The notes under the pieces were generated by a model. It was not told the origin of the DNA, did not search any database, and was given only the letters and a program-made list of their open reading frames with translations. A stretch of DNA of 64,000 bases from Dipteris shenzhenensis (taxonomy: Eukaryota). The position numbers and the translations under genes are program-made. The stretch lies in NCBI GenBank assembly GCA_047967505.1, contig CM106538.1; one strand, 5' to 3'. Below, in pieces: positions 21,650-34,783 of the stretch (positions within the stretch are counted from its first letter, which is position 1; every line of letters begins with the position of its first letter).

Positions 21650-24600
21650 AGTTATCCGATCAATTACTCATCAGATGGACATGCCACTTTGCATGCAACT
21701 CAATAACACCTATGTTGAGGTGCGTGAAAAGTATTGTGCCCATCGTCCATGCTTTATATGGTATATCATGCATTAAACACCATTTGTGCCTCAGTGTCAT
21801 ACACAACCATAAAAAACACGGTCCTAGGTGTGTTATTCAAAAAAGTACTTATTAGATGGGGGCTCCATTTTGCACACAAGTCAGATATGCTTTGCATGGT
21901 CGATCATGCATTATACACCATTTTCCCCCTAATGATATGCACATCCGTAAAAAAAACAAACCCTTAGGTGTGTTATCTGACCAAGTACTTATCGGATGGG
22001 TGTGCCTCTTTCAAAACAAGTCAATACCACTGAGATTGAGGCATAGGAAAAGTATTGTGCCCATCAGATATGCTTTGCATGGTCAATTGAGCATTAAATC
22101 CCACTTTTGCCTTAGTGTCATGCACATCCATAAAAAAACACACTGTTAGTTATGTTATTTGATCAAGTACTTTTGGGATGGGCATGCCACTTTGCATGTA
22201 AGTCAATTCCACCTAGTTTAAGTTGTTTGCAAAGTATTGTGGCATAGGAAAAGTATTGTGCCCATTGGATATCCTTTGTATGGTCGATCGAGCATTAAAT
22301 ACTATTTTTGCTCTAGTGTCATGCACATCCGTAAAAAAACACGATGCTAGGTATGTTATCTGATCAAGTACTTATGGGATGGCGTGCCACTTTGCATGTA
22401 AGTCAATTCCACCTAGTTGAAGGTGTGTGCAAAGTATTGTGCCCATCGGATGTGCTTTGCATTGTCGATCAAGCATAAAACACCGTTTTTGCTTTAGTGT
22501 CATGCACAACCATAAAAAAACACGTCCTAGGTGTGTTATTCAAACAAGTACTTATGGGATGGGGGCTCCACTTTGCACGCAAGTCGGTTTCAACTAGGTT
22601 GATGTTTGTTCAAAGTATTGTGACCATCCAATATGCTTTGCATGGCCGATCACACACTATACACCTTTTTTCCCTAGTGATATGCACATCCGCAAAAAAA
22701 TACGCCCTTAGGTGTGTTATCTGACCAAGTACTTATCAAATGGGTGTGCCTGTTTGAAAACATGTCAATGCCACCTAGGTTGAGGTGTAGGAAAAGTATT
22801 GTGCCCATCGGATGTGCTTTGCATGGTTGACCGAGCATTAAATACCATTTTTACCTTGGTGTCATGCACATCCGTAAAAAAACACGTTGCTAGGTATGTT
22901 ATCCGATCAAGTACTTATGGGATGGGCATGCCACTTTGCATGTAAGTCAATTCCACCTAGTTTAAGGTGTGTGCAAAGTATTATGCCCATTGGATATACT
23001 TTGCATTGTCGATGAAGCATAAAACACCATTTTTGCTCTAGTGTAAAGCACAACCATAAAAAAACACGATCCTAGGTGTGTTATTCAAACAAACTTGTAC
23101 TTATCGGATGGGGGCTACACTTTGCACGCAAGTATCTTTCAACTAGGTTGAGGTGCGTGCAAAGTATTGTAACCATTGGATATGCTTTGCATGGTCGATA
23201 ACGCATTGTACACCATTTTTCCCCTAGTGATATGCACATCCGCAAAAAAACACGCCCTTAGGTGTGTTATTTGACCATGTACTTATCGGATGGGTGTGCC
23301 TATTTGAAAAGATGTCAATACCACCTAGGTTGAGGGGTAGAAAAAGTATTGTGCCCATTGGATATGCTTTCCATGGTCGATCGAGCATTAAATACCATTT
23401 TTGCCTTGGTGTCATGCACATCCGAAAAAACACGCTGCTAGGTATGTTATCCGATCAAGTACCTGTGGGATGGGCATGCCACTTTGCATGTAAGTCAATT
23501 TAACCTAGTTGAAGGTGTGTGCAAAGTATTGTGCCCATCGGATATGCTTTGCATTGTCGATCAAGCATAAAACACCATTTTTGCCTTAGTGTCATGCACA
23601 ACCATAAAAAAACACGGTCCTAGGTGTGTTATTCAAACAAGTACTTCTCAGATGGGGGCTCCACTTTTCATGCAAGTAAATTTCAACTAGTTTGAGGTGC
23701 GTGCAAAGTATTGTGACCATTGGATATGCTTTTCATGGTCGATCACGCATTATACACCGTTTTTCCCCTAGTGATATGCACATCCGTAAAAAACATGCCC
23801 TTAGGTGTGTTATCCAACCAGGTACTTATCTGATCGGTGTGCCTCTTTGAGAACATGTTAAGACCGCCTAGGTTCAGGCATAGGAAAAGTATTGTGCCCA
23901 TCGGATATCCTTTGCATTGTCGATCGAGCATTAGATACCATTTTTGCTCTAGTGTCATGCACATCCGTAAAAAAACACGCTGCTAGGTATGTTATCCGAT
24001 CAAGTACTTATGGGATGGATGTGTCACTTTGCATGTAAGTTAATTACACCTATTGGAAGGTGTGTGCAAAGTATTGTGCCCATTGGATATGCTTTGCATT
24101 GTCGATCAAGCATAAAACACCGTTTTTGCCTTAGTGTCATGCACAACCATAAAGAAACACGGTCCTAGGTGTGTTATTCAAACAAGTACTTCTCAGATAG
24201 GGGCTCTACTTTGCAAGCAAGTCTGTTTCAACTAGGTTGAGGTGCGTGCAAAGTATTGTGACCATCGGATATGCTTTGCATGGTCAATCACACATTATCC
24301 TCCGTTTTTCCCGTAGTGATATGCACATCCACAAAAAAACACACCCTTAGGTATGTTATTTGACCAAGTATTTATCGGATGGGTGTGCCTCTTTGAGAAC
24401 ATTTCAATACCACCTAGGTTGATGCATAGGAAAATTTTTGTGCCCATCGGATATCCTTTGCATGGTCGATCAAGCATTAAATACTATTTTTGCTCGTGTC
24501 TTGCACATCCGTAAAAAAACACGCTGCTAGGTATGTTATCCGATCAAGCAATTATCAAAAGGGCATGCCACTTTGCATGTAAGACAATTCCACCTACTTA

Positions 24601-27600
24601 AAGGTGTTTGCAAATTATTGTGCCCATCGGATATGCTTTGCATTGTCGATCAAGCATAAAACACCGTTTTTGCCTTAGTGTCATGCACAACCATAAAAAA
24701 ACACGGTCCTAGGTGTGTTATTCAAACAAGTACTTATTGGATGGGGGCTCCACTTTGCACGCAAGTCTGTTTCAACTAGGTTGAGGTGTGTGCAAAGTAT
24801 TGTCACCATCGAATATGCTTTGCATGGTCGATCACGCATTATACAACGTTTTTCCGGTAGTGATATGCACATCCATAAAAAAACACGCCCTTAGGTATGT
24901 TATCTGACCAAGTACTTATCGGATGGGTGTTCCTCTTTGGGAACATTTCAATACCACCTAGGTTAAGGCTTAGGAAAAGTATCGTGCCCATCGGATATTC
25001 TTTGCATGGTCGATGGAGCATTAAATACCATTTTTGCCTTAGTGTCATGCACATCTGTAAAAAAACACGCTGCTAGGTGTGTTATCTGATCAACTACTTA
25101 TGCGATGGGAATGCCACTTTGCATGTAAGTCAATTCCACCTAGTTGAAGGTGTGTGCAAAGTATTGTGCCCATCGAATATGCTTGCATTGTCGATCAAGC
25201 ATAAAACACCGTTTTTGCTTTAGTGTCATGCACAACCATAAAAAAACATGGACCTAGGTGTGTTATTCAAACAAGTACTTATCGGATGGGGGCTCCACTT
25301 TGTATGTAAGTCCTTTTCAACTAGGTTGAGGTGCGTGCAAAGTATTTTCACCATCGGATATGCTTTGCATGGTCGATTATGCATTATACAATGTTTTTCC
25401 TGTAGTGATATGCACATCTGCAAAAAACACACCCTTAGTTATGTTATCTGACCAAGTACTTATCGGATGGGTGTGCCCCTTTGATAACATTTCAATACCA
25501 CCTAGGTGAATGCATAGGAAAAGCATTGTTCCCATCTGATATCCTTTGCATGGTCGATTGAGCATTAAATACCATTTTTGCCTTAGTGTCATGCACATCC
25601 ATAAAAAAACACGCTGCTAGGTGTGTTATCCGATCAAGTACTTATGCGATGGGAATGCAACTTTGCATGTAAGTTAATTCCACCTAGTTGAAGGTGTGTG
25701 CAAAGTATTGTGCCCATAGTATATGCTTTGCATTGTGGATCAAGCATAAAACAACGTTTTTGCCTTAGTGTCATGCACAACCATAAAAAAACACGGTCCT
25801 AGGTGTGTTAATCAAATAAGTACTTATCGGATGGGGGCTCCACTTTGCATGCGAGTCTGTTTCAACTAGCTTGAGATTCCTGCAAAGTATTGTCACCATC
25901 GGATATGCTCGGCATGGTCGATTACGCATTATACAATGTTTTTCAGTAGTGATATGCACATCTGCAAAAAAACACGCCCTTAGGTATGTTATCTGACCAA
26001 GTACTTATCGGATGGGTGTGCCTCTTTGAGAACATATCAATACCACCTAGGTTAAGGCATAGGAAAAGTATTGTGCCCATCAGATTTGCTTCGCATGGTC
26101 GATCGAGCATTAAATACCATTTTTTCCTTAGTGTCATGCACATCCGTAAAAAAACACGCTACTAGGTGTGTTATCTGATCAAGTACTTATGCAATGGGAA
26201 TGCCACTTTGCATAAGTCAATTCCACCTAGTTGAAGGTGTGTTCAAAGTATTGTGCCCATCGGATATGCTTTGCATTGTCGATCAAGCATAAAATACCAT
26301 TTTTGCCTTAGTGTAATGCACAACCAAAAAAAAGCACGGTCCTAGGTGTGTTATTCAAACAAGTACTTATCGGATGGGGGCTCCACTTTGTATGCAAGTC
26401 CTTTTCAACTAGGTTGAGGTGCGTGCAAAGTATTGTCACCATCGAATATGCTTTGCATGGTCGATCACGCATTATACAACGTTTTTCCGGTAGTGATATG
26501 CACATTCGCAAAAAAACCTCGGGGGGGTCACTATGTATAAACCCTCTATATCACGTGCGTTCAAGGACTATTTCTAAAATCCCTTATTTGTAAAATTTTC
26601 ATTAATAAAATGTACCCTTTTTCTAAACAAATCTGTAAAATTTTCCCAAAATTGTTTTAAATACTCCCTTATGTAGATTAACTTTTGTAAAATTTAGATA
26701 TTAAAAATGTCCTTCTGTTGAACTCACGTGATAGGGTTACATATGATGAGTGACCCCCCCGAGAAAAAAACATGCCCTTAGGTATGTTATCTGACCAAGT
26801 ACTTATCGGATGGGTGTGCCTCTTTGAGAACATTTCAATACCACCTAGGTTAAGGTGTGGAAAAAGTATTGTGCCCATCGGATATGCTTTGCATGGTCGA
26901 TCGAGCATTAAATATTTGCGTTAGTGTCATGCACATCCGTAAAAAGACACGCTGCTAGGTGTGTTATCCGATCAAGTACTTATGCGATGGGAATTCCACT
27001 TTTCATGTAAGTCAATTCCACCTAGTTTAAGGTGTGTGTAAAGTATTGTGCCCTTCGGATATGCTTTGCATTGTCGATCAAGCATAAAACACCATTTTTG
27101 CCTTAGTGTCATGCACAACCATAAAAAAACACGGTCCTAGGCGTGTTATTCAAACAAGTACTTATCGGATGGGGGCTCCACTTTGCACGCAAGTCCCTTT
27201 CAACTAGTTTGAGGTGCATGGAAAGTATTGTCACCATCGGATATGCTTTGCATGGTCGATCACACATTATACAATGTTTTTCCCGTAGTGACATGCACAT
27301 CTGCAGAAAAACATGCCCTTAGGTATGTTATCTGACGAAGTACTTATCGGATGGGTGTGCCTCTTTGAGAACATTTCAATACCACCTAGGTTAAGGCATA
27401 GGAAAAGTATTGTGCCCATCGGATATGCTTTGCATGGTCGATCGAGCATGAAATACCATTTTTGCCTTAGTGTCATGCACATCCGTAAAAAAACATGCTG
27501 CTAGGTGTGTTATCCAATCAAGTACTTATGCGATGGGAATGCCACTTTGCATGTAATTCAATTCCACCTAGTTGAAGGTGTGTGCAAAGTATTGTGCCCA

Positions 27601-29790
27601 TAGCATATGCTTTGCATTGTGGATCAAGCATAAAACACCGTTTTTGCCTTAGTGTAATGCACAACCATAAAAAAACACGGTCCTAGGTGTGTTATTCAAA
27701 CAAGTACTTATCAGATGGGGGCTCCACTTTGCATGCAAGTATCTTTCAACTAGCTTGAGGTGCGTGCAAAGTATTGTGACCATTGGATATGCTTTGCATG
27801 GTCGATCACGCATTATATACCATTTTTCCCCTAGTGATATGCACATCCACAAAAAAACACGCCCTTAGGTGTGTTATCTGACCATGTACTTATCGGATGG
27901 GTGTGCCTGTTTGAAAACATATCAATACCACGTAGGTTGAGGGGTAGGAAGGGTATTGTACCCATTAGATATGCTTTGCATGGTCGATCGAGCATTAAAT
28001 ACCATTTTTGCCTTGGTGTCATGCACATCCGTAAAAAAACACGCTGCTAGGTATGTCATCCGATTAGGTACTTATGGGATGGGCATGCCACTTTGCATGT
28101 AAGTCAATTCCACCTAGTTTAAGGTGTGTGCAAAGTATTATGCCCATCGGATATGCTTTGCATTGTCGATGAAGCTTAAAACACCATTTTTGCTCGTGTT
28201 ATGCACAACCATTAAAAAACACGATCCTAGGTGTGTTTTTCGATCAAGTACTTATCGGATGGGGGCTCCACTTTGCATGCAAGTCCGTTTCAACTATTTT
28301 GAGGTGCGTGCAAAGTATTGTAACCATTGGATATGCTTTCCATGGTCGATCACGCATTGTACACTGTTTTTCCCCTAGTGATATGCACATCCGTGAAAAA
28401 ACACGCCCTTAGGTGTGTTATCCAACCAAGTACTTATCTGATGGGTGGGCCTTTTTTCAAACAAGTCAATACCACCTAGGTTGTTGATGTGCAAGTAAAG
28501 TATTGTGCCGATTGGATATGCATTGCATGGTTGGTTGAGCATTAAATATCGTTTTTGCCTTAGTGTCAAGCACATTTGTAAAAAAACACGGTCCTAGGTG
28601 TGTTATCGGATCAAGTACTTATCTAGCCGACACGCCAGTTTTCATGCAACTCAATAACAGCTAGGTTGAGGTGGGTGCAAAGTATTGTGCCCATCGGATG
28701 TACTTTGCATGGTATATCACGTATTAAACTCCGTTTGTGCCTCAATGTCATGCACAACCATAAAAAAACACGCTTTTAGGTGTGTTATCCGACCAACTGC
28801 TTATCAAATGGGTGTACCACTTTGCATGCAATGCAATTCCACGATTTTTGAGACTCATGCAAAGTATTGTGCCCATTGAATATGCTTTCATTGTCGAACA
28901 AGCATTAAACACCGTTTTGGCCTTCGTGTCATGTACAACCGTAAAAAAATGCGGTCCTAGATGTGTTATTCGACTAAATACTTATGGGATGGGCACGCCA
29001 CTTTGCATGTAAGTCAATAATACCTAGTTTGAGATGTGTGCAAAGTATTGTGACAATCAGATATGCGTTACATTGTCGATCAAGCATAAAATAGCATTTT
29101 TGCCTTAGTGTCATGGACAACAACCAATAAAAAACATGGTCCTAGGTGTGATATTCTAAAAAGTACTTGTCGGATGGGGGAGCCACTTTGCAAGAAAGTC
29201 AATTTCAACTAGGTTGATGTGCGTGCACAGTATTGTGTCTATCGGTTATGCTTTGCATGGGGGATCACACATTATACGCCGTTTTCCCCCTAGTGTTATG
29301 CACATTCGTCAAAGAACACACTCTTAAGTGTATTATCAAACCAAGTACTTATTGAATGGGCGTTCCACTTTGCATGGAACACCATACCACCGCTTTTGAG
29401 GCATGTGCAATGTATTGTTCCCATTGGATATGCTTTGCATGGTAGATTGAGTATTAAATACCGTTTTTGCCTTGGTGTCATGTAGAACCGTCAAAAAACA
29501 CGATTCTAGGTGTATTTTTCAAACAAGTACTTATCGGATGGGGATGCCACTTTGCACACAAGTCAATAATACCTAGGTTGAGGAACGTGCAAAGTCTTGT
29601 GTCCATTGGATATGCTTTGCATAGTCGATCGCACATTATACACCATTTTGTTCCTACTATTATGCACAATCGTCATAAAATACGTTTGCAGGTGTGTTAT
29701 CCGAACAAAAACTTATGGGATGGGTGCATCACTTTGTATGCAAGTCAATACAACCTAGGTTGAGGGGTATACAAAGTTTTGTGCCCATCG
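21650..29790. repeat. Tandem satellite array, ~182-bp monomer, ~545-bp 3-mer higher-order repeat, about 43 monomers
   Basis: The ATGGGGGCTCCACTTT variant recurs at ~22559, 23108, 23653, 24198, 24742, 25287, 25832, 26374, 27170 (after the MITE), 27716 and 28260. GCAAAGTATTGTG-like anchors recur three times per period. Confidence 0.97.
26518..26763 (+). mobile_element. MITE copy 1 (246 bp)
   Basis: TIR CTCGGGGGGGTCACT; 8-bp TSD AAAAAAAC (26510-26517 / 26764-26771). Confidence 0.95.
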
Positions 29791-30209
29791 GAGAAATGTA
29801 GATGCGATAATATTAGCAAATTCTCGGTATGTATATATGTGTGTGTGTGTGGCAAACAATTTTGATACAACAAAGTAAACACCTAGTGCACAAATTATGC
29901 ACTTCATACCTTTAGTATTGTGTCAAAATAAATGCTGAAATAAGCTTGTTGATGAGGATAAATACGCCCTTGAATAAAAGCACAGTTGTTGTATGACCAC
30001 AATAGGATCACTTTGACACCTGTGATTTTGCCCACATGTAAGTTTGCAAATAGTATAAAAAATCATATAATAATATATTAATAGTTTGCAAATGTGTATA
30101 GCAAGTGAGTAATGGGAAGTGGAAGTGGGAGTGAGGAGGGAGGAGTGGAATGGGAGAGGGGAAGTAATAGGGGTGTATGATAATAAGTATAAAAAATAGT
30201 ATAATAATA

Positions 30210-30466
30210 TATTGAGAGAAAGAGAGAGCGGGAGAAAGACAAGAGATTGAGAGAGAGAAGAGGGGCTCCTTAAATGAGAGAGAAGAGTAGGGAGGGAAAG
30301 AAAGAGAGAGCGGAGAAAGGGAGAGAGAGATTAAGAGAGAGAAGAGGGTCTCCTAGCAGTCGTGGCTGCTACAGGGAGGGAGAGAGTAGGGAGGGAGAGG
30401 GGGAGAGAGAGAGAGAAGAGAGGAGGGAGACTTAGGGAGAGAGAAAGAGAGAGAGGGAGAGAAAGG

Positions 30467-30503
<37 letters not shown>

Positions 30504-30538
30504 GGAATGAAACTTCTGGCAGCCGTGGCTGCCAGAGG

Positions 30539-30582
<44 letters not shown>

Positions 30583-30735
30583 AGAGAAGAGAGAAGGGAG
30601 ACTTAGGGAGAGAGAGAGAAAGAGAGAGAGGGAGAGAGAGAATGAAACTTCTAGCGGCCGTGGCCACCAAGAGAGGGAGGTAGAGAGAGAGAGAGAGAGA
30701 ATGAGACTTCTCGCGACCGTGGCTGCCAAGGGAGG
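30210..30735. repeat. GA-rich microsatellite tract with an interspersed ~30-bp repeated unit
   Basis: (GA)n runs separated by GAATGAAACTTCT.GC.GCCGTGGC-like units at ~30505, ~30640 and ~30698. Confidence 0.9.
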
Positions 30736-30737
30736 GA

Positions 30738-33700
30738 GCGCGTGTTTACATGCTCGATGCTCTCCTTTCTTCTATTCTTAGCTCTCCTCAAAAAACTATA
30801 GAAGATGTTTGTACCTGGTTAAGCCCTTTGAATTTAGATGGGGTGCGAGTCATCTTTATGCCTTATCATGAGGACTAAGTATCAACTCCAACCTTATTTT
30901 TACTATTTCTTTGGCAAGTATGTGTAAAACAATAATCATTTTTAATCTAGTCGTGTAGCTCACATTGGAGTTTGCTGATCGCTTGGGACCTTGAAGTCAA
31001 CCGTTTATGGTTTATGAATTCAGTGGAAGGCTATCATGCCAACTCCCCAAGGTAATTATTCTCTTAATATTTTTGTTACTTTCTTATTTTGTATCTTATG
31101 ATCATGACATATTAATATATTTAATATGTCATGATGGACAGTGCTGCACATCGGCTAGTATCTACTGTCAGAACAACCATGGAGCAACAAGACCAAGTAG
31201 AATTCAAACGACATCTACCAATGGAGCAAAAAGATGGGCACAGCTGTGGGTGGAGAGTTGCCTACAACTGCATGTTGTTTCTTAGAGAGATTTTTGATTT
31301 GGAGTTACCAGTCAAAATGGAATCATATACAGAAGCCGATCTACTAGTGTTTTGGGCTGAGAGTATTCAGCATCTAATTGCTACCATTGGGAAACAACCT
31401 GAAAATATGACTACATTGCAGCACGTATAAAACCTTATCTTTATACTTATATGCTTGTTCAAGCCTTTAATTGGGATGTGTAAATCTCATAACTTTTTTA
31501 TATTTTCCTCCAAGAGAAGAGACTGAGTCTAATGAAAGCATGCTATCTTTATACTTCTATGATTATTTAAACCTTTATTTTTATTTGGGATGTGTAAATC
31601 TCATAAATTTTTAAATTTTTCCTCTAAGAGGAGGAGAGACTCACTCTAATGAAAGCATGTATGAAACCTTACTTTTTAAATTTTTGCTCCAAGAGGAGGA
31701 GAGACTGTATGAAACATTATCTATATACTTCTATAAAGTCTAATGAAAAAACCATTATTAATGTTGGGGAACAACCTAAAAATATGACTACATTGCAGCA
31801 TGTATGAAATCTTATCTTTATATTTCTATGCTTGTTTAAGCCTTTCTTTGGGATGTGTACATCTCATAACTTTTTTATATTTTTATAGCAGAAGGAGGAT
31901 GTAGAAGACATAGAAGTGAAGAAGGATATGATGTAGACTACTCTGTCAATAAGATGAGTCATGAAAATATGACTCTATTGCAACAGATTCGAAGTTCATT
32001 CACCGCTATGTTGTTAATTCGACAACAACCTCATTTTTTTGAATTTGGTGAAGAAGAGATTTTAATCCTCTTGAATCCTAAGAAAGAGGTTAATGTCAAA
32101 GTCATTACAACCATCCTCAGGTTTGATGCAGCCTTTTCCTTGGCTTTATACTTTGCTTATTTTGATTAAACCCAAGCAGCTAATACTTTTTTTAATGTTA
32201 TAGCAAATTTTCCTCAAAATATACAAAGAGTTTCATATATGCTCGATCCTCTTATTTCGGAAGTGCTTAGCAACAAACAAGAAACCATAGAGGATGTTTG
32301 CAAGTGGTTGAAGCACGTTCCTATGAATGAGGCACGAGTTATCTTTACAACATATTATGAGAAGTAAGCATCAAACCCTACTTGTTTTTTCTATTGCATT
32401 GCTAGAATTGTCTCAAACGCAGTAATTATTCTTTATTGATAATGTAGCTCACATTGGAGTTTGGTGGTCATGGACATCTTTGCTAAGAAGTGCTTCTTTG
32501 CTAACTCAATGACATCCGTCCATGGCACTGTGTTAGAGTAAGTATAGACTACACTTGTTGTCACTTCTTGACATGTATCTAGATTGATATGCAATGCACA
32601 TATTCACTGTTGTTATATGTTTTGATGTGCAGATCGGCTTGAAAGTTAGTAGGTGCTATCGACACAGTAATGCGGCAATGTGACTTGGCACAACAAATAG
32701 AGTATATAACATGTCAGGTATCACATCAAGAGGATAGCCACATCTATAATTGTGGATGGAGGGTGGGCTACACTTGCTTTTTGGTACTTGGTCAAATTTT
32801 TGAGATACAATATGACACCACACTGTCAACATATACGGACTTGCATCTCTATGCATTTATAACATGTACCATTCGAGCAATCATTAAGGGCAACATTATG
32901 GACCCTCCCACAAGTCAAATAGATAATGGATCAGAGGAGTGCGAAATGAATGCCATCAAAGAGTCAAAGGGGATAGAAGACCTCAACTCTACAAACATGG
33001 CTTCATTGGAAGAATTGGGAAGCTCTTTTAATGTTAGGGTTATGATTCAACATAGACCTTAGTATCTTGAATTTGAAGGAGAGGAGATTTCAATCGTCTC
33101 TAGAGCTCTCGGGGGGGTCACTCATCATATGTAACCCTATCACGTGAGTTCAACAGAAGGATTTTTTTTATTTCTAAAATTTATAGAAATAAATATACAT
33201 AAGGGACTATTTAAAATGGTTTTGAAAAAAAATTACAGATTTGTATAGAAAAGGGGTACATTTTATTAATGAAATTTTTTACAGATAAGGGACTTTAAAT
33301 ATAGGCCTTGAATGCACGTGATATAGAGGGTTTATATATAGTGACGCCCCCGAGCTAGAGCTTCAAATTGATGATGGCCATTCTCAGGTTTGATACAAAA
33401 TTTTTCTTTGCTTGATAATTCAATATTTTGATTAAATCTAATAAGCTAATATTCATTTATTTGTTGGTGTAGTATAGTTATCTCACGATTTTGTAGAGCC
33501 GTACAAAACCGTGTGTATATGTTGGATTCCCTCCTTTCTCCTATACTTAGCGATAGTAGAAAGATGATAGCTGATGTTTGTAAATGGTTACAGCCTTTAT
33601 ATTTACATGGCGTGCGAGTCCTATTTATCGCATATCACGAGATGTAAGTATCATGGCAACCTTTATTTTCATCTTATACTGGCAACATTGTGTTAAATAA

Positions 33701-34489
33701 TAATGGTTCTTAATTATTCATGTAGGGAACATTGGAGTCTGGTGGTTTGGCACCTTGAAGACAACTATTGTTGGCTTGTGAACTTGATTGTAGGCTTTCA
33801 TGGCTCAGTGCAAACGTAAGTATTCTATTAATCTGTTGTTACTTCTATATTATATACCTTATGTAATAGACACACTAAGTTTTTTTAATATGTCATGATG
33901 AGTAGGTTGATTGAGAAGTTGGTATCTGCTATCAGAGAAACAGGACAGTACAAAGACTCGCTAGCCTTCCAAAAGCATTTAGTAGTAGAGCAGGAAGATG
34001 AACATAGTTGTGGGTGGAGAGTTGCCTATAACTGCATGTTGATTTTCAAAGAAATTTTTTCACTTAAGCCACAGGTCTCATCGGAAGAATCTTTGGAGCT
34101 CAAATATTCAGAGGAGGATATACAATTGTTTAGGGCTAAAATCATTCGAGACCTAATTGCTGCGATTAGAATACAACATGCAACTGAAGCAATATCAGAG
34201 CTTGCATTCAAGGAAGAGGAGACTGAGTCTACTGTGAAAGCACTGCACACTACAGAAGAAGGAGAGACTCAGTGTACACCTACAACACCACAGCCTCCAC
34301 TGGAAGCATCAGAAGAGTTGCCATAGCCTCCGCTTGCATTTAAGGAAGAGGATACTGAGTCAACTCTGAAAGCACTACATACTATAGAAGAAGTAGAGAC
34401 CAGGAGTGTACATCTAGAGCACCACAGCCTCCATTGGAAGCATCAGAAGAGTTGCCACAGTCTCCACTAGAAGCATCAGAAGAGTTGTA
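30738..34489 (+). pseudogene. Intron-containing gene with three tandem Ulp1/SENP-like (peptidase C48, clan CE) domains; 5'-truncated and MITE-disrupted
   Basis: Each repeat has YMLD...DVC.WL...RV.F, HWSL, N(S/L), and Q.D.H(S)CGWRV (QKDGHSCGW, QEDSHIYNCGW, QEDEHSCGW). GT-AG introns lie at equivalent positions (e.g. 32364-32447 and 33644-33725). Confidence 0.75.
33108..33354 (-). mobile_element. MITE copy 2 (247 bp, opposite orientation)
   Basis: Same TIR with one mismatch; 8-bp TSD CTAGAGCT (33100-33107 / 33355-33362). Confidence 0.95.
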
Positions 34490-34783
34490 ATGCATGTATG
34501 ATGTTGTGTTTGTATATATGCATGAGGAGCATATTCTCATGATGTTGTTTATTCCATGAATATTATGGTTGACATTTATTTATTGCAATGTATGAATCAT
34601 GATGTAGTTTTTGTTGATTATACACCAATTTGTGACTTATTACTTAAGTGGCATTTAGTCATGATATTTATATATTTATTTCATGCACACAATTTTATGA
34701 TATGAATGTGTGATGATGTGATTATTTGGAAATATAACCTTGTGTGATGAGAATTTTGATATGAATATGTGATGATGTAATAT

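Noticed and set aside
21650-29790. CRISPR-like array, or coding repeat (many 60-98 aa ORFs)
   Set aside because: Whole monomers repeat with no unique spacers and there are no cas genes. The ORFs are incidental translations of the satellite.
30331-30781. ER-rich and SL-rich ORFs
   Set aside because: Translations of a (GA)n microsatellite.
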